64,000 nt of DNA from Gnetum montanum (Eukaryota > Plantae > Gnetophyta): the NCBI GenBank assembly GCA_015680685.1, contig MNCI01001153.1, positions 380,590-444,589 on the forward strand. The letters are read 5' to 3'. This document shows positions 50,905-63,750 of this stretch, in pieces (the first letter of the stretch is position 1; every line of letters starts with the position of its first letter). Both the position numbers and the translations under genes were made by a program. A model generated the notes under the pieces. It was not told the origin of the DNA and made no database searches. It worked only from the letters and a program-made list of their open reading frames with translations.

Positions 50905-53825
50905 GTCCTTATGGCAGGCTTATAAGACACCTAAACTTAGAATCAATAGACTAGGAATCATCTACTCATGACACTGTAGCATCCCTGGAAACATCCCTAG
51001 ACTAGCCAAAACATCTGGTCCAATCCTTAGACTTATAGGCACCCTCTCAGTGAAATCTCCATAACTACAACTAAAGGTGAAGTAAAAACCTTGAAAGTTG
51101 GCTCCCTATTACAACCACAGGTATGCCAAGACATTTCCAAAGTTCTCCATGACAATGTTAAAGTCTTTGCATGGTCATATGACAACATGCTGAGCCTAGA
51201 CCCATGGCTCATATAACATAACTTTCTCTTAGACTCGTGTGTCAAGGTAGTCAAGCAATCAAACTAGAGATTGCACTAGCTGTACACAATGAAATCACCA
51301 AGATCTATCAAGCTAGTTTCATCCATGCAGTCGATTACTCAAAATGGGTGTTGAACATCTTTGTAGTTTCTAAGAAAATGAGAGGCATATGAATTTGTAT
51401 AGACTTTCGAGATCTGAACAAAGCAATGATTAAGGATGACTTTCCATTACCAAGCATTGATCAACTCATAGACACTATGACTAGTCATGCCTTACTATCC
51501 TTCATAGATGGGTTTTCACGCTACAACCAAATTCATATAAGCCCAGAGCATTAGTTTTCAATCACTTTCATGACCCCTTGGGGGACGTTTTGTTATAGAA
51601 TGATGCCTTTTGGACTCAAGAACACTAGAGCAACCTACCAATGAGCAATGACATACATTTTTAGCTACTACCTCTTGGAGAGATTAAATGATTACATGGA
51701 TGACATAGTAGTCAAATCTAAGAAATCTATTGATCATCCCAGTGATCTAGATGTAGTCCTCAAACATTTTCATAGGCATGACTTGCATCTCAACCCAAGG
51801 AAATGTGTTTTTGGAGTTAAAACTAGACACATGCTAGGGTTTGTAGTGTCGGAGGCAAGGATACGAGTGGACCCTGATAAAGTTAAGGTCATCATTAGCC
51901 TAGCACCACCTACCAACCTTAAAGAATTGTGTGAGTTGCAAGGTAGAATATAGTTTATCAGAAGGTTTATCATGAGTTTGACAGAAAAACTACACCCCAT
52001 GCAACACCTACTCAAGAAGGGGGTCAACTTCGAGTGGATAGAACAATGTCAACAAGCCTTTGATAAAAAAAGAATTTTTGCACCTCCCAACTATTTACCC
52101 ACCATAGAGGGATAAGGATTTCTATGTCTACCTTGCCACTTTGAACACATTTATTGCCACATTATTATGTCAAAAGAAGGATAGCTTATGAGGCAAAGCA
52201 TAACAAAGTAGAAAGAAATTGTCTTACCTTAGTATTTGCACTAAAAAAGTGGAGACATTACCTATTCTGTAGCAAGGTCAACATCATATGCAAGAACAAC
52301 ATACTTTGGGCTATCATAAATAACTTATATGAGATCAGTAGGATAGCCTGATGGAAAGCTATAATGGTAGAATTCGATTTACATTACGTTGCACAATCAT
52401 TAACAATGAGTCAAGAAATAGCCGCACAGTTTACAACTAGCCCCGCAATGAGAATGTCATAGCAGATGCACTAGCCATGTTATCATTAAACATGTCACCA
52501 CACCTGTTTGTAACTTTACCTACTTTGATAAAAGAATGCACTAATCCTATTACTCAAGCAGTACACATTGCAGCTGTTAGTGCCACCAATATCCAAGAGT
52601 GGTATGCTAACTAAAGATCTTATCTTCAACATGATGGACCCCCACATGGCTTGACATTTACCTAAAAGGATGCAATATGAAAGCAGGCTCGGTAGTATGT
52701 CCTTATAGGAGATAACACCTTATGTAAATGCTCCTTTGATGGGATATTGCTAACCTACATAGGTGGGGAAGTAGCGCAAAAAATTGTTAAAAAAATCCAT
52801 GAGAGGCTATATGGAGGACACATAGCCTCTAGGGCTATGGGAATAAAAATCAGATGCCTAGGGTACTACTGGCCTTGCATCGAATAATATTGCCTTGACA
52901 AAGTTAGGACATGTGATGTATTTCAACGTCATGTAAACCTCATTCACGTATCGCCTACTGAGTTACACCCTATGTAGATTACGTGGTTGTTCCAACGTTG
53001 GGGACTAGATATCATAGGACCCATCACGCCTAAGTCTTCTGAAAGGCAAAGTTTCATTATCATCACAACTGAATACTTCACAAAGTGGGTGGAAGCTATT
53101 CCCCTAAGGAAGACTACATCTAAATAGGTTTGCCACTTTATCTTGGATAACATAGTGACAAGGTTTGGTCTTCCCATGACTATTGTGATAGATAATGGAC
53201 CACAATTTAGTAGCACAGAAACCAAATCCTTTTGCAACAACCTTGACATAAAACAATCCTTTTCATTGTCATACTATCCATAAGAAAATGGTCAGGTAGA
53301 GGAAACAAACAAGGTTTTCATCAACCTACTCAAAAAGATGCTCAGCAGTAGCAAAAGGTGGTGGCATGAGCAAATCCTCTACGTGTTGTGGGCTTACTGT
53401 ACAATGTGTTGAATGGCTACAGGTAAGACTCCTTACAGTCTTTTTTATGGATCTAAAGCAATACTACCTCTTGAACTGCAAGTACCATCACTTCGAATGT
53501 CATGAATGAGGCTCAAAACAATGAGTCAAGGATCATCGATCTTGACTCTGTAGAGGAGCGTGCTCAAACACTAGGCCACATTGAGTGGTACCAAGACAAG
53601 CAACGGCAAAAGCTTCACTGCAACCTACATCAACGGCCAATCCAAAAAGGGGACCTAGTCCTCAAGGCTATCCGTGAGCCTATAAACAAATTTTTAGCAA
53701 ACTGGGAGGGCCCTTTTATAGTCATAAAATCCTATGAGCATGGGGCCTTTAAAATGGCTGATATGGATGACAATGAGTTTGCAAATCCTATCAACCATTT
53801 GTATCTCAAGCCATACTACGTCTAA
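50905..53825 (+). pseudogene. pol: Tat-type pol: RT, RNase H, mostly deleted additional RNase H, integrase
   Basis: VFAWSYDNM.SLDP, DFRDLNKA..KDDFPLP, DGFSRYNQI, MPFGLKN, YMDDIVVKS, KKWRHYL, PRNENVIADALA, WGLDIIGPI, DNGPQF, WEGPF; ends LKPYYV* at 53825. Confidence 0.93.
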
Positions 53826-53867
53826 CACAAAGGATCACATCGGGTATAGAGCAAGGTAAGCACCATC

Positions 53868-54140
53868 ATCTACTATGACATAAAACTGGCAAAGTACATC
53901 CACTATGACTATAAATTGGCACAACATGTTTGCTATGATGTTAAACTCGCACAACATGTCCTTGGGCTACAATGTAAACCTAGCATGCATAGCATGGTCC
54001 ATGAAGACCTTAAACTAGACCATCCACTATCTGCTATGATGATAAACTAGCACAACAGTCTGCTAGGACCTTAAACTAGCACATCACGGTTTGCTGGGAC
54101 ATTAAACTAGTACACCTGATGATCATAAGACCTTAAACTA
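53868..54140 (+). repeat. 3'-UTR tandem repeats (~28-30 bp; CTA[T/C]GAC.TTAAACTAGCAC)
   Basis: About nine degenerate copies sharing their core with 50420-50720. Confidence 0.85.
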
Positions 54141-54230
54141 CGTTTGCAATGAAACACCCCCAACTCACAACCCAATGAACAAGCAAATGTGCACATCCTC
54201 AAACTCCCTGGACAACATGGGGTGGGATGT

Positions 54231-57200
54231 TGTAGTTCTAGAATGTAGTTCACAATGCTACAGAAAAAACCCTCTAGAACACATGCAATATCACTACCCC
54301 TAGCATCTTGCTAATCTTCCGAAGATGTCGATAGACATCTTGCTAACCTTTTAGAACTACAGCTACCACAGCCATTCATCCTAGCAGTAGCTCTTGCCAT
54401 CAGCATCTACTACTAGACTTCTAGAACTATTGTGGCCTAGCCACATAGTTGCTACCCTCCAGCCCTCACCATTGTCTAAGCTATAAAGGTGTTCAGCTAT
54501 TAGGCTTCTTCCTTTGTAGCTAGACTACATTATGTTTGCCTTTGGCAAGGAATCCTAAGCACTCACATCACCACCACTCCTAGCCTCTTCAGTGCCAACC
54601 TTTCAAACCAATGGCAATCAGAGCCCAAGCTGGCCTCCCTGCTCTAGACATCATGCAACTCTAATAGTGTCTAGAGTAAGCAGGACTTTGCCCTCACTTC
54701 ACTTAATGGTTGTTTCTTCTGGTTTTCTCTCTATTTTGTTTGCAGGATATAAGCCAAGATGGATTTTTTTTGAGATGCGTTTAACTAGAAGAGCATGACA
54801 CTATGTTATTCCGAAGTGATTGCTTCAACTAGCTTGGCTACTTGGAAGTGCACACCCTACCCCCCTCTCAAATACCTTGACCTTATTTCTTATACTTGTA
54901 GTTTCTCACGTCCCCTATACAAGCTTTCCCAATGCATATAAAGCCCTCCCACATGCCCAACTTCCAAGTCTGTGATGAGCATAACATAAATCACCTCATG
55001 GGAAGCATCTATAAGTAGGTCAAAGCCCCGCATGGATGTAACACAACTCATCTTGAGGAGGAAACATCTGTCCTACAACAACAAGGTTGTTCACAAGTGA
55101 ATGTGGCTGAACAGTAGAAGAAAAGCACAAAAAAGGACAAGTGCCCAAAACAAATGGCACCACATCTATTTCAAAAATGACCATCTATAAGCACATCGAG
55201 GAGAGGTCAAAAGCCAACAAGAAAAGAAGCCCATGTGTGCGGACTCCCTCACAAGCACCTCGACAAGGGATCATGCTATGTTACATCTTCTTCTCCCTCA
55301 AACATGTTTCTTCAAACCCATTCTTTTCCCCTCATTTTTTATTACATGACTATCCCAATACTCCCAAGCATAGTAAAGCAACATTTGAGCAACCACTAAA
55401 GAGTAATGTTGGTGTTTTGTTCTTCATGGTGTTTCGTATTCTTTGTCGACATCTCTCGGGTAGATCCTCTAGACATCAACAAAGAAGGGCCATTGAAACA
55501 TCATAAAATTTTAGTACCCTCATGCTTCAATAGAGCCTTGAAATTTAGGCATCGATTTCCACAAGTGTAGCTTCACAATGAACCATCTAGACAGTGTAGG
55601 AACTAAAGGTAGGCTGTATAGACTGTATAGACTATATCACCTAGGCTAATAGGCCTGCTAAACTCTCCAACCTGCCTAGCTTGACACTTGACCTGGCTGA
55701 CGATCTACACAAAAACCATGCTAGCAACTATCGAAAGTGTTTAGGATAAGCTAAATAGTTCAGCAACTTTTCTAACTGAAGGGACTTGCTATGCTACGCT
55801 ATGCTACACAATGTATTAGGCCTTGAAGAGACCAAATAGGCCCCAAATGTAGTTGACAATGATTCAGTTTCCCAAGACATTTGCCTCACTTCATCCTTGA
55901 TGCATGAGAAGGATAACATGACAAAAATGGTAAGTTTTATCAGAAACCATTACAATTTGAGTGCTACACTGTGCTACGCTACACAGCATAGCATAGTGTA
56001 GCATGAGTGCACTGTGACAATGCTCCCACTCAGGTAGCTATGATGGAGTAACCATATTCACCCATGCTTCAACTAACAAACAAGTTTGCTCTAATGCCAC
56101 ATTAGAACATGATTGACATTCCATGGCAAAATAATTGCAAAGAAAGTCAAAATTCAAGCCAACTTAGATGCTACGCTATGCTACACAACACTACGTAGCA
56201 TAGCGTAGCAAGAACACAAAACACCAAAATGTTCCAATGATGAACTCAACAGGTCTTAGGAATTTTCAACATGAAATACAAGGTCACAATTGCTTGCCTA
56301 GCCAAGCCTCAAATGGGTATTTTAGTTTTTTAAAAAAATTTCTTCCAAAGATCAGTGGTTACACTACGTAGTGTAGCACAGTGTAGCACCTACATGAAAG
56401 TTTCAAGACATCTTTAGTTAGCTCTAGGACTTGTTGGCAATGATCATTCTCATCTAGGCATCTCTCCAATGGACAAAATTAGCAAGTTTGCCTTATTTTG
56501 CACCCCCCTCCCTTTTCGATTAATCCCCAAAGTTGTCCCTATGCTTAACCCTACTTGCAAGAGTAGGGAAGACGTAGTCCTAGAGCATAGGCTCCACTTT
56601 GCTTTCATTGTTGGCAATATACTAGATCTTGGCACATGCAATTTTGGTTGTATGGTCACAGTATAGCAACACTACATAGTAGCACAACACGATCATGTTT
56701 GCACTTCATGGGACCCAGGACACATGGTTTCCAAACCACATTTTTCTCCTACTCCTGGTCCTATAGATATCCCTACGAACAATGTTCAAGGGGTTGGCTT
56801 GAAGAATTGGATAGGATTTTGATTGGCTTTTAGAGAACTCTTTTGTGCATTAGTTGGCTCTACAAATTAGTTTTTGGCATTATTGGCTTCTTTGAGCAGT
56901 TTGGCTTTCTCACGATAGGCATTCTTGGCATTTTGGCTTCCTAGCAATTGGCTTCGGCAAGAGACTAGCCAACCAAAGATCCTTGGTGGCAAGCTATTGA
57001 TTGCAGTTCAGGGATCTATGACCATATTACTTTGTTGTAAGCTGTGCCTCTCTAGTGCCGCATCTTAGTTGTACACCAACCAAAACAAAGATCAGATCCA
57101 CCGACCTTGGGGTGGTGCATTTTCTCACCCAAGCTTGCTTCATTCTTTGTTTGCTATTATCATATTTTGCATTATTTTTCATCGTGTTACATTTTTTGAT

Positions 57201-57410
57201 TATCGCTTTAATTCACAATACATCACCTCCAAAAACAAATGTTTAGAAAAGGGTTATTGTACATCGGTTAAGTCCCTGTCTAATCGACTAGACCATTCAG
57301 GACACCCTAAATCTGTTTTCTCCAACATGGCCCTCACACTAGTCTAGGGTTAGGCTATGCTCTTGAAGACCTCTCGGTGTTTCCAGCCACTGACATTTTC
57401 TATCGCTACA
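54231..57410 (+). repeat. putative 3' LTR of Tat/Ogre-type element (~3.2 kb)
   Basis: TGTAG start after the PPT and CTACA end followed by an abrupt AT-rich flank. No partner LTR is in the window. Confidence 0.6.
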
Positions 57411-57530
57411 GAGGTAAAATTAATATTTAATATTAACAATGATATCCAACTAGAAGGACCATAGATAAGAAACCTTGAGGCCATAAGACCATGGGAGGAT
57501 GTCACACTTATTGTAACACATGAAAGGATA

Positions 57531-58300
57531 CTCTGATACCATTAGTAATAGCATTACACCAACATTATCCATCACACAGAGGCCCAATGGACCTAGGGAG
57601 GAGGACTTGGAGATTAAGCGTCTAAGAAGGTAAGGCAACAATTTTAGTGACTTAGAAGAAAGTATGCAACCCATTCAAATCTCTTATATTGAGTATACAC
57701 CTATAGGAGAACATCTATAACTCCAATCAAGGACTAACAAGTAGTACATAAACAACCTTATAAACATGATTAGTAGGAAGATGATGATGTATCTATAGGA
57801 GGTTCCTCATCATGATCTAGTACAAGGTTCACCATGTTGCTACACTTAGACTATCCAATGTAAGTTTCTTACATAGTTGTAACCACCACAAAATCAAGCC
57901 TGATGTAGTTCTATGATTAAGAGGGTAAGATGAGGAGGACTAAAAGGGAAATAATAGAGTGAATCCCTATTGTTTCTTGGAACTTTCAATACTTGAGTAC
58001 CATGCACAAACATCTTAGAGTGTTCCATGGTCCCCAAACCATGGAAATAAACTAGGGAAACCTTTGACTTTGAGACCTATCTTAAACATTAGGGCTTTTT
58101 TACTTTTACCATACCAAAATTTTGTTACATGGGTTTTTAGCCACACTAACAAGAGTGACCTTTATTTATTTTATGTTTAACCTTAATTGCATTTTATTTC
58201 ATCTAATTTATTATTTCATCCACATACCTACCTTTCTCAAAAATTTTAATTATACAACCTACTAAAATAAGCTACAGAGACAATCACAAGATGTGCCCAT
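57531..58300 (-). mobile_element. LTR fragment with tRNA-Met PBS
   Basis: CTCTGATACCA (57531-57541) is the reverse complement of TGGTATCAGAG. LTR extent is uncertain. Confidence 0.5.
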
Positions 58301-59089
58301 TAGCAAAGCCAGCATGGCTAGCAATTGCATGTGCTACTATTAGACTTTCATGTGCTATCAATGAACATGATATTATCCATAGTGCTTGATAGTGTTGTGA
58401 ATTATTTGATCACTTTGCCCAAGAAGATAACCTCATTTATGGAAATTTAGCTAGCAAATGTAACAATTTTTAAAAAATTAAATATCATAAAGTCTATCCC
58501 TATATCAATTTTCAATGCTTATGATTGCCATGGATGACTTGCAAATACCTTGAATAACTAACATTTTAAAATGGATAAATTATGATATATTTGAGGTGTA
58601 CACATGAAATCCATGATCTTTTTTTTTTTTTGAAAACTATTATCATCATAATGATTTTTCATCCAATAATCTAACATGTATAGGATGACTTTTACACATG
58701 AAGTAAATTTACATACCAATGTCAATAGGTATGCATTAGATCAATGTGGTAATAGTAATACTAGATCAGACCATGGTAATGTAATCTAACTCAAGCCCTT
58801 ATTCATAAGACAATTAAGCATATGGGCATCATGGAATGATAACCAATATATGTAATTTGGAAGTATCTCCATCGTGCCTCAACTACCATGTATGCACATG
58901 CATGATATCATACATCATTGTCCACACATACCAATGTTAACAACTATACATTAGATCAATAGTGGATCAAACCATGATAAGACAATCTAACTCAAGCCCT
59001 TGGTCATAAAGCTTTTTTTAATGGCATTGCTCTAGCAAAGTATTGCTCAATACCATTCCCAAGTCTAAAATTAGTGAAACAACCTAGAG

Positions 59090-62000
59090 AAAACCCAAGA
59101 TGGACTACACCTCAATAGTCATAACACCTACACATATAGCATAAGCACATGTCACCTATTAGTCCATGAGTTAGGAGCACATCAAGTATGCTACATGAAA
59201 CCATATAAGTAACATGACCAACATGACATACATAAGTAATGACCACAATAAGCACGCACAACCATAAGAGTTAGCATTCGCCTAGAAAATCTAAGACATG
59301 CTCCTACTCTAATGTATCTAGCCCTAAGCACTACTCGTAAAGAGGAGGATGGTAGCCTAAGCATCAAAGCCAAAAATCCTATGTAATCCTACATACCCTT
59401 ATGATGAAGTACACAAAGGAATTAGGGCTAGTTTAGTTCTTTGATAATGGTTGTAACCATGCAACCCATGAGGATATCCATACTCCTTTGGTTCTAGTTC
59501 TGGAAGAAAATAGCCTTTCATCTATTAACAAGGCATGTTTTCATACACTTTCCAGTACTTGAAGGAAGTGACATTCTCAAAGCTAAATTATTTATCCATA
59601 CATCTCTTCAAATGTGAAAAGCATAATGGATATTGAGGGTATTAAATAACTTAAAACTCATTTGAAAATTATAGGTAAGAAGGTTCAATAACTAGGATAA
59701 TCCATCATAAAGCACAAATGTTGAACTCAACTTAACATCCATTCAAGACTTATAGATGCTCACACAATCCATGTTAAGGAAGAACATGCTTGTCCCTTTT
59801 CTTGCAAATTGTACCAACCTTTCTACCTAGAACATGATTCACTTCAAATATGAATCTTTTCCTATACTTGTAGTGATATAGAGGTGTAGTCTTCCAAAGG
59901 AAATCATTCCTTTTTTTTAATCCTATGCTTTTTATTGGAAGATGCATTCTCAATCCTACACTTCTTACTCAAAGACATCATCACAATCTAGTGCTTCCTA
60001 CTCAAAGAGATTTTCCAATCCTATGCTTTCTACTCAAAGATGCAATCATAATTCTACACTCCTTGCTCAAAGATGTAGTCAAAATCCTATGCTTCCTACT
60101 TGAATACATAGTTACAATCCTTCAATTCCTACTCAAATATATAGTTAGAACCCTATGCTCCCTATGCATAGATGTTGTCAAGAACATATACCACCTAGTC
60201 AAGATCAAAATCAACAACATATACTTCACCAACCTCTAATCCACTAGTTATTCAAGAACAGATACCTTTTTTAAAAAAATTCCTCTACTCAAAATCAATT
60301 CATGAAGAAAGTAGTTGCACCAAGTTAATCATGTTTTGATCCTCTTGGCACTCATTTTCTTGATTAAATACCAAATCCTCCACCTTGTGCTAAGGTGGTT
60401 AAGCCCTCATGAATTTTTTGAAAGGATTTGAAAATTCTCATATCTTACTCTTCATCATCCCCATTAGAGATCATCTAATGATCATGAGGCTGATGGTCAA
60501 TTGCATTCAACCTATGATTCTCATCTAGTCTATAACCACTACTTTTGATTTGAAGATTTTGAGAGCATTCTCAACTAGGATGTCCTCCACCACAAATGTA
60601 GCATTTTAAGCCTCAACTCCTTGGAGGATATTAAGAGAACCCTTCAAAATGTAGTCGTTTGTTCCATGACTTCTACTATTCTTTAGAAGCCTAACATTTC
60701 CTATGCTCCTAGGATGAGTTTTTTTTTCTTCGAGTTGGCTTGACATAAGAGCCTATGAATCCACTTGGAATCACTTGTCCATCACCTCTTAAAGATTTAT
60801 TACTTTCTTTCTTACTATCAAGCAATTTCTCAACTGTATCCTTATCCTTCTTTACTAGCTTGTAATTAGACAAAGTGATTGCAACATAGATGGCCTTCCT
60901 GAATCTTGCGATTTTGCAAGTTTTGAGCTCATGTTGGATCCAAGGATTGAGCCCATTGAGAAATCATCTATTTGTTGTTTTCATCAACTTTTGGAATTTT
61001 TATGATCATAGTTTACTATTCTTGAATATACTCCTCTAGGTATCCTATGTATCAGAACTCCTTTAGCTTTGCCTAGGCTTTGTTAATGAAATTGTTGAGA
61101 TGTAAGTTATCAATCAAAGTCTCCTTGAACTGGTTCCATGGTCTAATGGGTTTGCCTATCCTAGTCTTTTCTTCTTAGAGGATGCCAAGCCATCCGGTCT
61201 TTGCTAATCCACCTAAGAATTTGACAACAAAGCAAGCTTTTCTTTTAGTGGCGCATTCATACCTCTCTAGAAACTCATCTATTTTAAATAGAGATGTATT
61301 TATCATAATATCATTCTTCATAGATTTTTGGTTCCTTTGCTTGAAACTTGGAAATTAATTGACTTGATCCAAATGCTAGTGGCCTTAATTGCATGGTCAG
61401 CTAATCTTTCATTACCCTAATCTCATCATCTAATTTCTTTTCCAAAACCTCAATCTTATTTTGTTGGCTTTCATACAAAGCCTACTAAGTTTCTAGCAAT
61501 GAATGAAAATTTTGATTTTCATCTTAGAGCTCTTAGTTTCCAAGCCGAAGATTATCAACAACATCCCCAAGTTGCTCCACCTGGTTCCTCAACATAAATT
61601 TTTGAGTTAGGGCAATTTTTTGTTTTATGCTAGTGCCCAAATTTGCAAGGAAAGGAACATCCATTGGATCCACTAGCTTTTGAATCATACAAGCTTTCTT
61701 ACCTGCAGGTAAATTACACATGATGATATTTTCTACTTGCAATGAATGGCTTCATAGTTATTGTATATTTTTAGGGGATTCATTAATATATCCTCATATA
61801 TAGTTGGTTCATTATGAGGATTAGGACCAAAAGGAGGAGTATAAGATTTTGGCTCCCTTGGCTCTTCTTTTTGTACGCCATGTAGCACATGAGTCACAAA
61901 AAAAGAATCATGATTACAAACCACATGCCCAAAATCACCACTAGTCTTGAACCATAAACCATGGCTCCAATGCTAAGTCTAACAACACTGCTCTGACGAA

Positions 62001-62620
62001 ACATCATTCAGCATCGTTCTTGAGTCCAAAATCAACCAAGCAACATAAAGTGGACCTAAGATGAACTATGCCTCAACAATCATAGCACCTGCACACACAT
62101 CACCCATTAGTCCATGTGTTAAGAGTGTATTAAATATGCCACATGAAATCATATAAGTGACATAACCAACACAACACATACAAACAATGACCACAACAAG
62201 TACACACAACCATAAGAGTCAATGTTCCTATAAAAGAGCTAACACATGTTCCTACTCAAATGTATCTAGCCCTAATCCCTACTCTTAAAGAGAAGGGTGG
62301 TGGCTCAAGCATCAAAGTTGAAGCTCCTCTACAAGCCTACATATCCTTGTAACAAAGTATACAAAGGAATCCTGACTAATGTAGTTCTTTGATTATGGTT
62401 ATGATAGCATGGAACCCTTGAGGAAATCCATGCTTCTTTGGCTGATATTCCAGAGGGAAAAACCTTTGATCCACCAACAAGGCATTTTCTCCTACACATT
62501 TGAGCATATGGGCATCATGAAATGATAACCAATATATGCAATTTGGAAGTTTTTTCATTGTACCTTAACTACCATATATGCCTATTCATGGTAGCATGCA
62601 TCATAGATGCATCATTGTCC
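59090..62620 (-). mobile_element. decayed gag-only Ty3/gypsy-like element between ~450-bp direct repeats (59100-59550 and 62060-62500)
   Basis: PBS-like TTAGCATTGGAGCCATGG at ~61960-61977; gag-like PWNQFKETL...FLNGLNPWIQHEL; CYICGGGHPS*EC knuckle at ~60570-60605; no pol. Confidence 0.65.
59919..60182. repeat. 33-bp minisatellite, about 8 copies (AATCCTATGCTTCCTACTCAAAGATG...)
   Basis: Periodicity is directly visible. Confidence 0.9.
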
Positions 62621-62807
62621 ACCATGAAGGAAATTCTAAGTATATCATCATACCAATAGATAAAAAGTGGAAAAGAAACTTGAACTTTCAATCCTTCAAA
62701 AATTCTAAGTATATCTTCATACCAATAATTAAAAAGTGGACAAGGAACTTGAATCTTCAATCTCTTATTTGAGATTCAAAATGCATAATACTATTCTATT
62801 TGCTTGG

Positions 62808-63750
62808 TGATGAGTGACGAGGTACTCCTACACTCAACCATACAAATACGAGCATGTACACATGATTCGGTTGAACTCCGCAGACTAAATGCCTTAACGC
62901 CACAAGAAACACTTGGGGTTAATCGTTCGTTGTCTTCCCAGGCTTGCTTGTATGTGTCATGGTGTATGGTTAAGCAAGTCTGAGGTATGTGATTTTTTTG
63001 GTATTTTTCAGTTTATCTCCTAAGCTATGAGGGAAAGGGTTGAGAAACTAACTAACTCTAACTAATGTCCTAAGTCTAAATTAACTAGCATCAGCATCCG
63101 TTCCCACTTACTGGACACACCCTGAACTATGCAACTGTGGCTACCAAACGCTAATCGTTACTGGGATCACCACACGTAACGCAAGTTCTCGAAGTGGTCA
63201 TACTGAGGCACCTATTTAGCCTAAGTGTGATAAGTAGCTGATTCCTTGGCTAGCCGTACACACCCGTGGATGCTCGTAGCCAAGTCGTACTTATCACACA
63301 TTCTAGCCTAGCGATGAGCAGCCGATTCCTTGATTAGCCGTACACATCCGTAGATGCTCGTAATCAAGTCATACTCGTGCGCACTAGGAAATCAATAAAT
63401 AACAACAATAATTAAAACCATGTACTACAAGGTTTATCCAATCAAGTTCGTCTTTATTGTCGTACACAACTTGTGTTCAGGTTACAAAGTTGCTCGAATA
63501 AAGAGCCGTTCACTCTAGGACTCCTACTGCGGGCACATGGGAAAAATTCTAACTCTGGAGGGATCAAACTGCCAGAGCTTCGCTACTTCTATCCAGGATT
63601 CAGAAATGAAGGGAGTGCCACCTCTTATTTATAGATATGGTGACGGACCGCGATATCGCGTACACGATATCGCAGGGAAAGATGCGATATCACGGCGGCC
63701 ATGATATCGCGTACACGATATCACGGCACTATGCATGTTGCGTCTCATCA
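62808..63750 (-). repeat. young 3' LTR of an Athila-type element (related subfamily); internal region runs off the window end
   Basis: TGATGAGT...TCTCATCA; PPT reverse complement TACCCCCATGACTGAA at 63751-63766, identical to 9485-9500; CpG-rich. Confidence 0.93.

Larger units (their letters stand above)
45940..57410 (+). mobile_element. 5'-truncated Tat/Ogre-type Ty3/gypsy element
   Basis: Tat-type RT-RH-(aRH remnant)-INT, shared GACCTTAAACTAGC repeats before and after pol, G-rich PPT at ~54218-54227 and a long LTR. gag/PR and the 5' LTR are absent. Confidence 0.8.

Noticed and set aside
50420-54140. Spaced GACCTTAAACTAGC repeats as a CRISPR array next to an RT
   Set aside because: The intervening sequences are themselves partly repetitive, the RT is a Ty3/gypsy pol, and tandem repeats are common in Tat-lineage untranslated regions.
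59919-60182. CRISPR-like periodic array
   Set aside because: Contiguous degenerate tandem units with no unique spacers, in a eukaryotic TE context without cas genes.
63225-63388. Hammerhead ribozyme (retrozyme)
   Set aside because: No CUGANGA...GAAA core in a three-way junction on either strand. It is kept instead as an unknown structured RNA.
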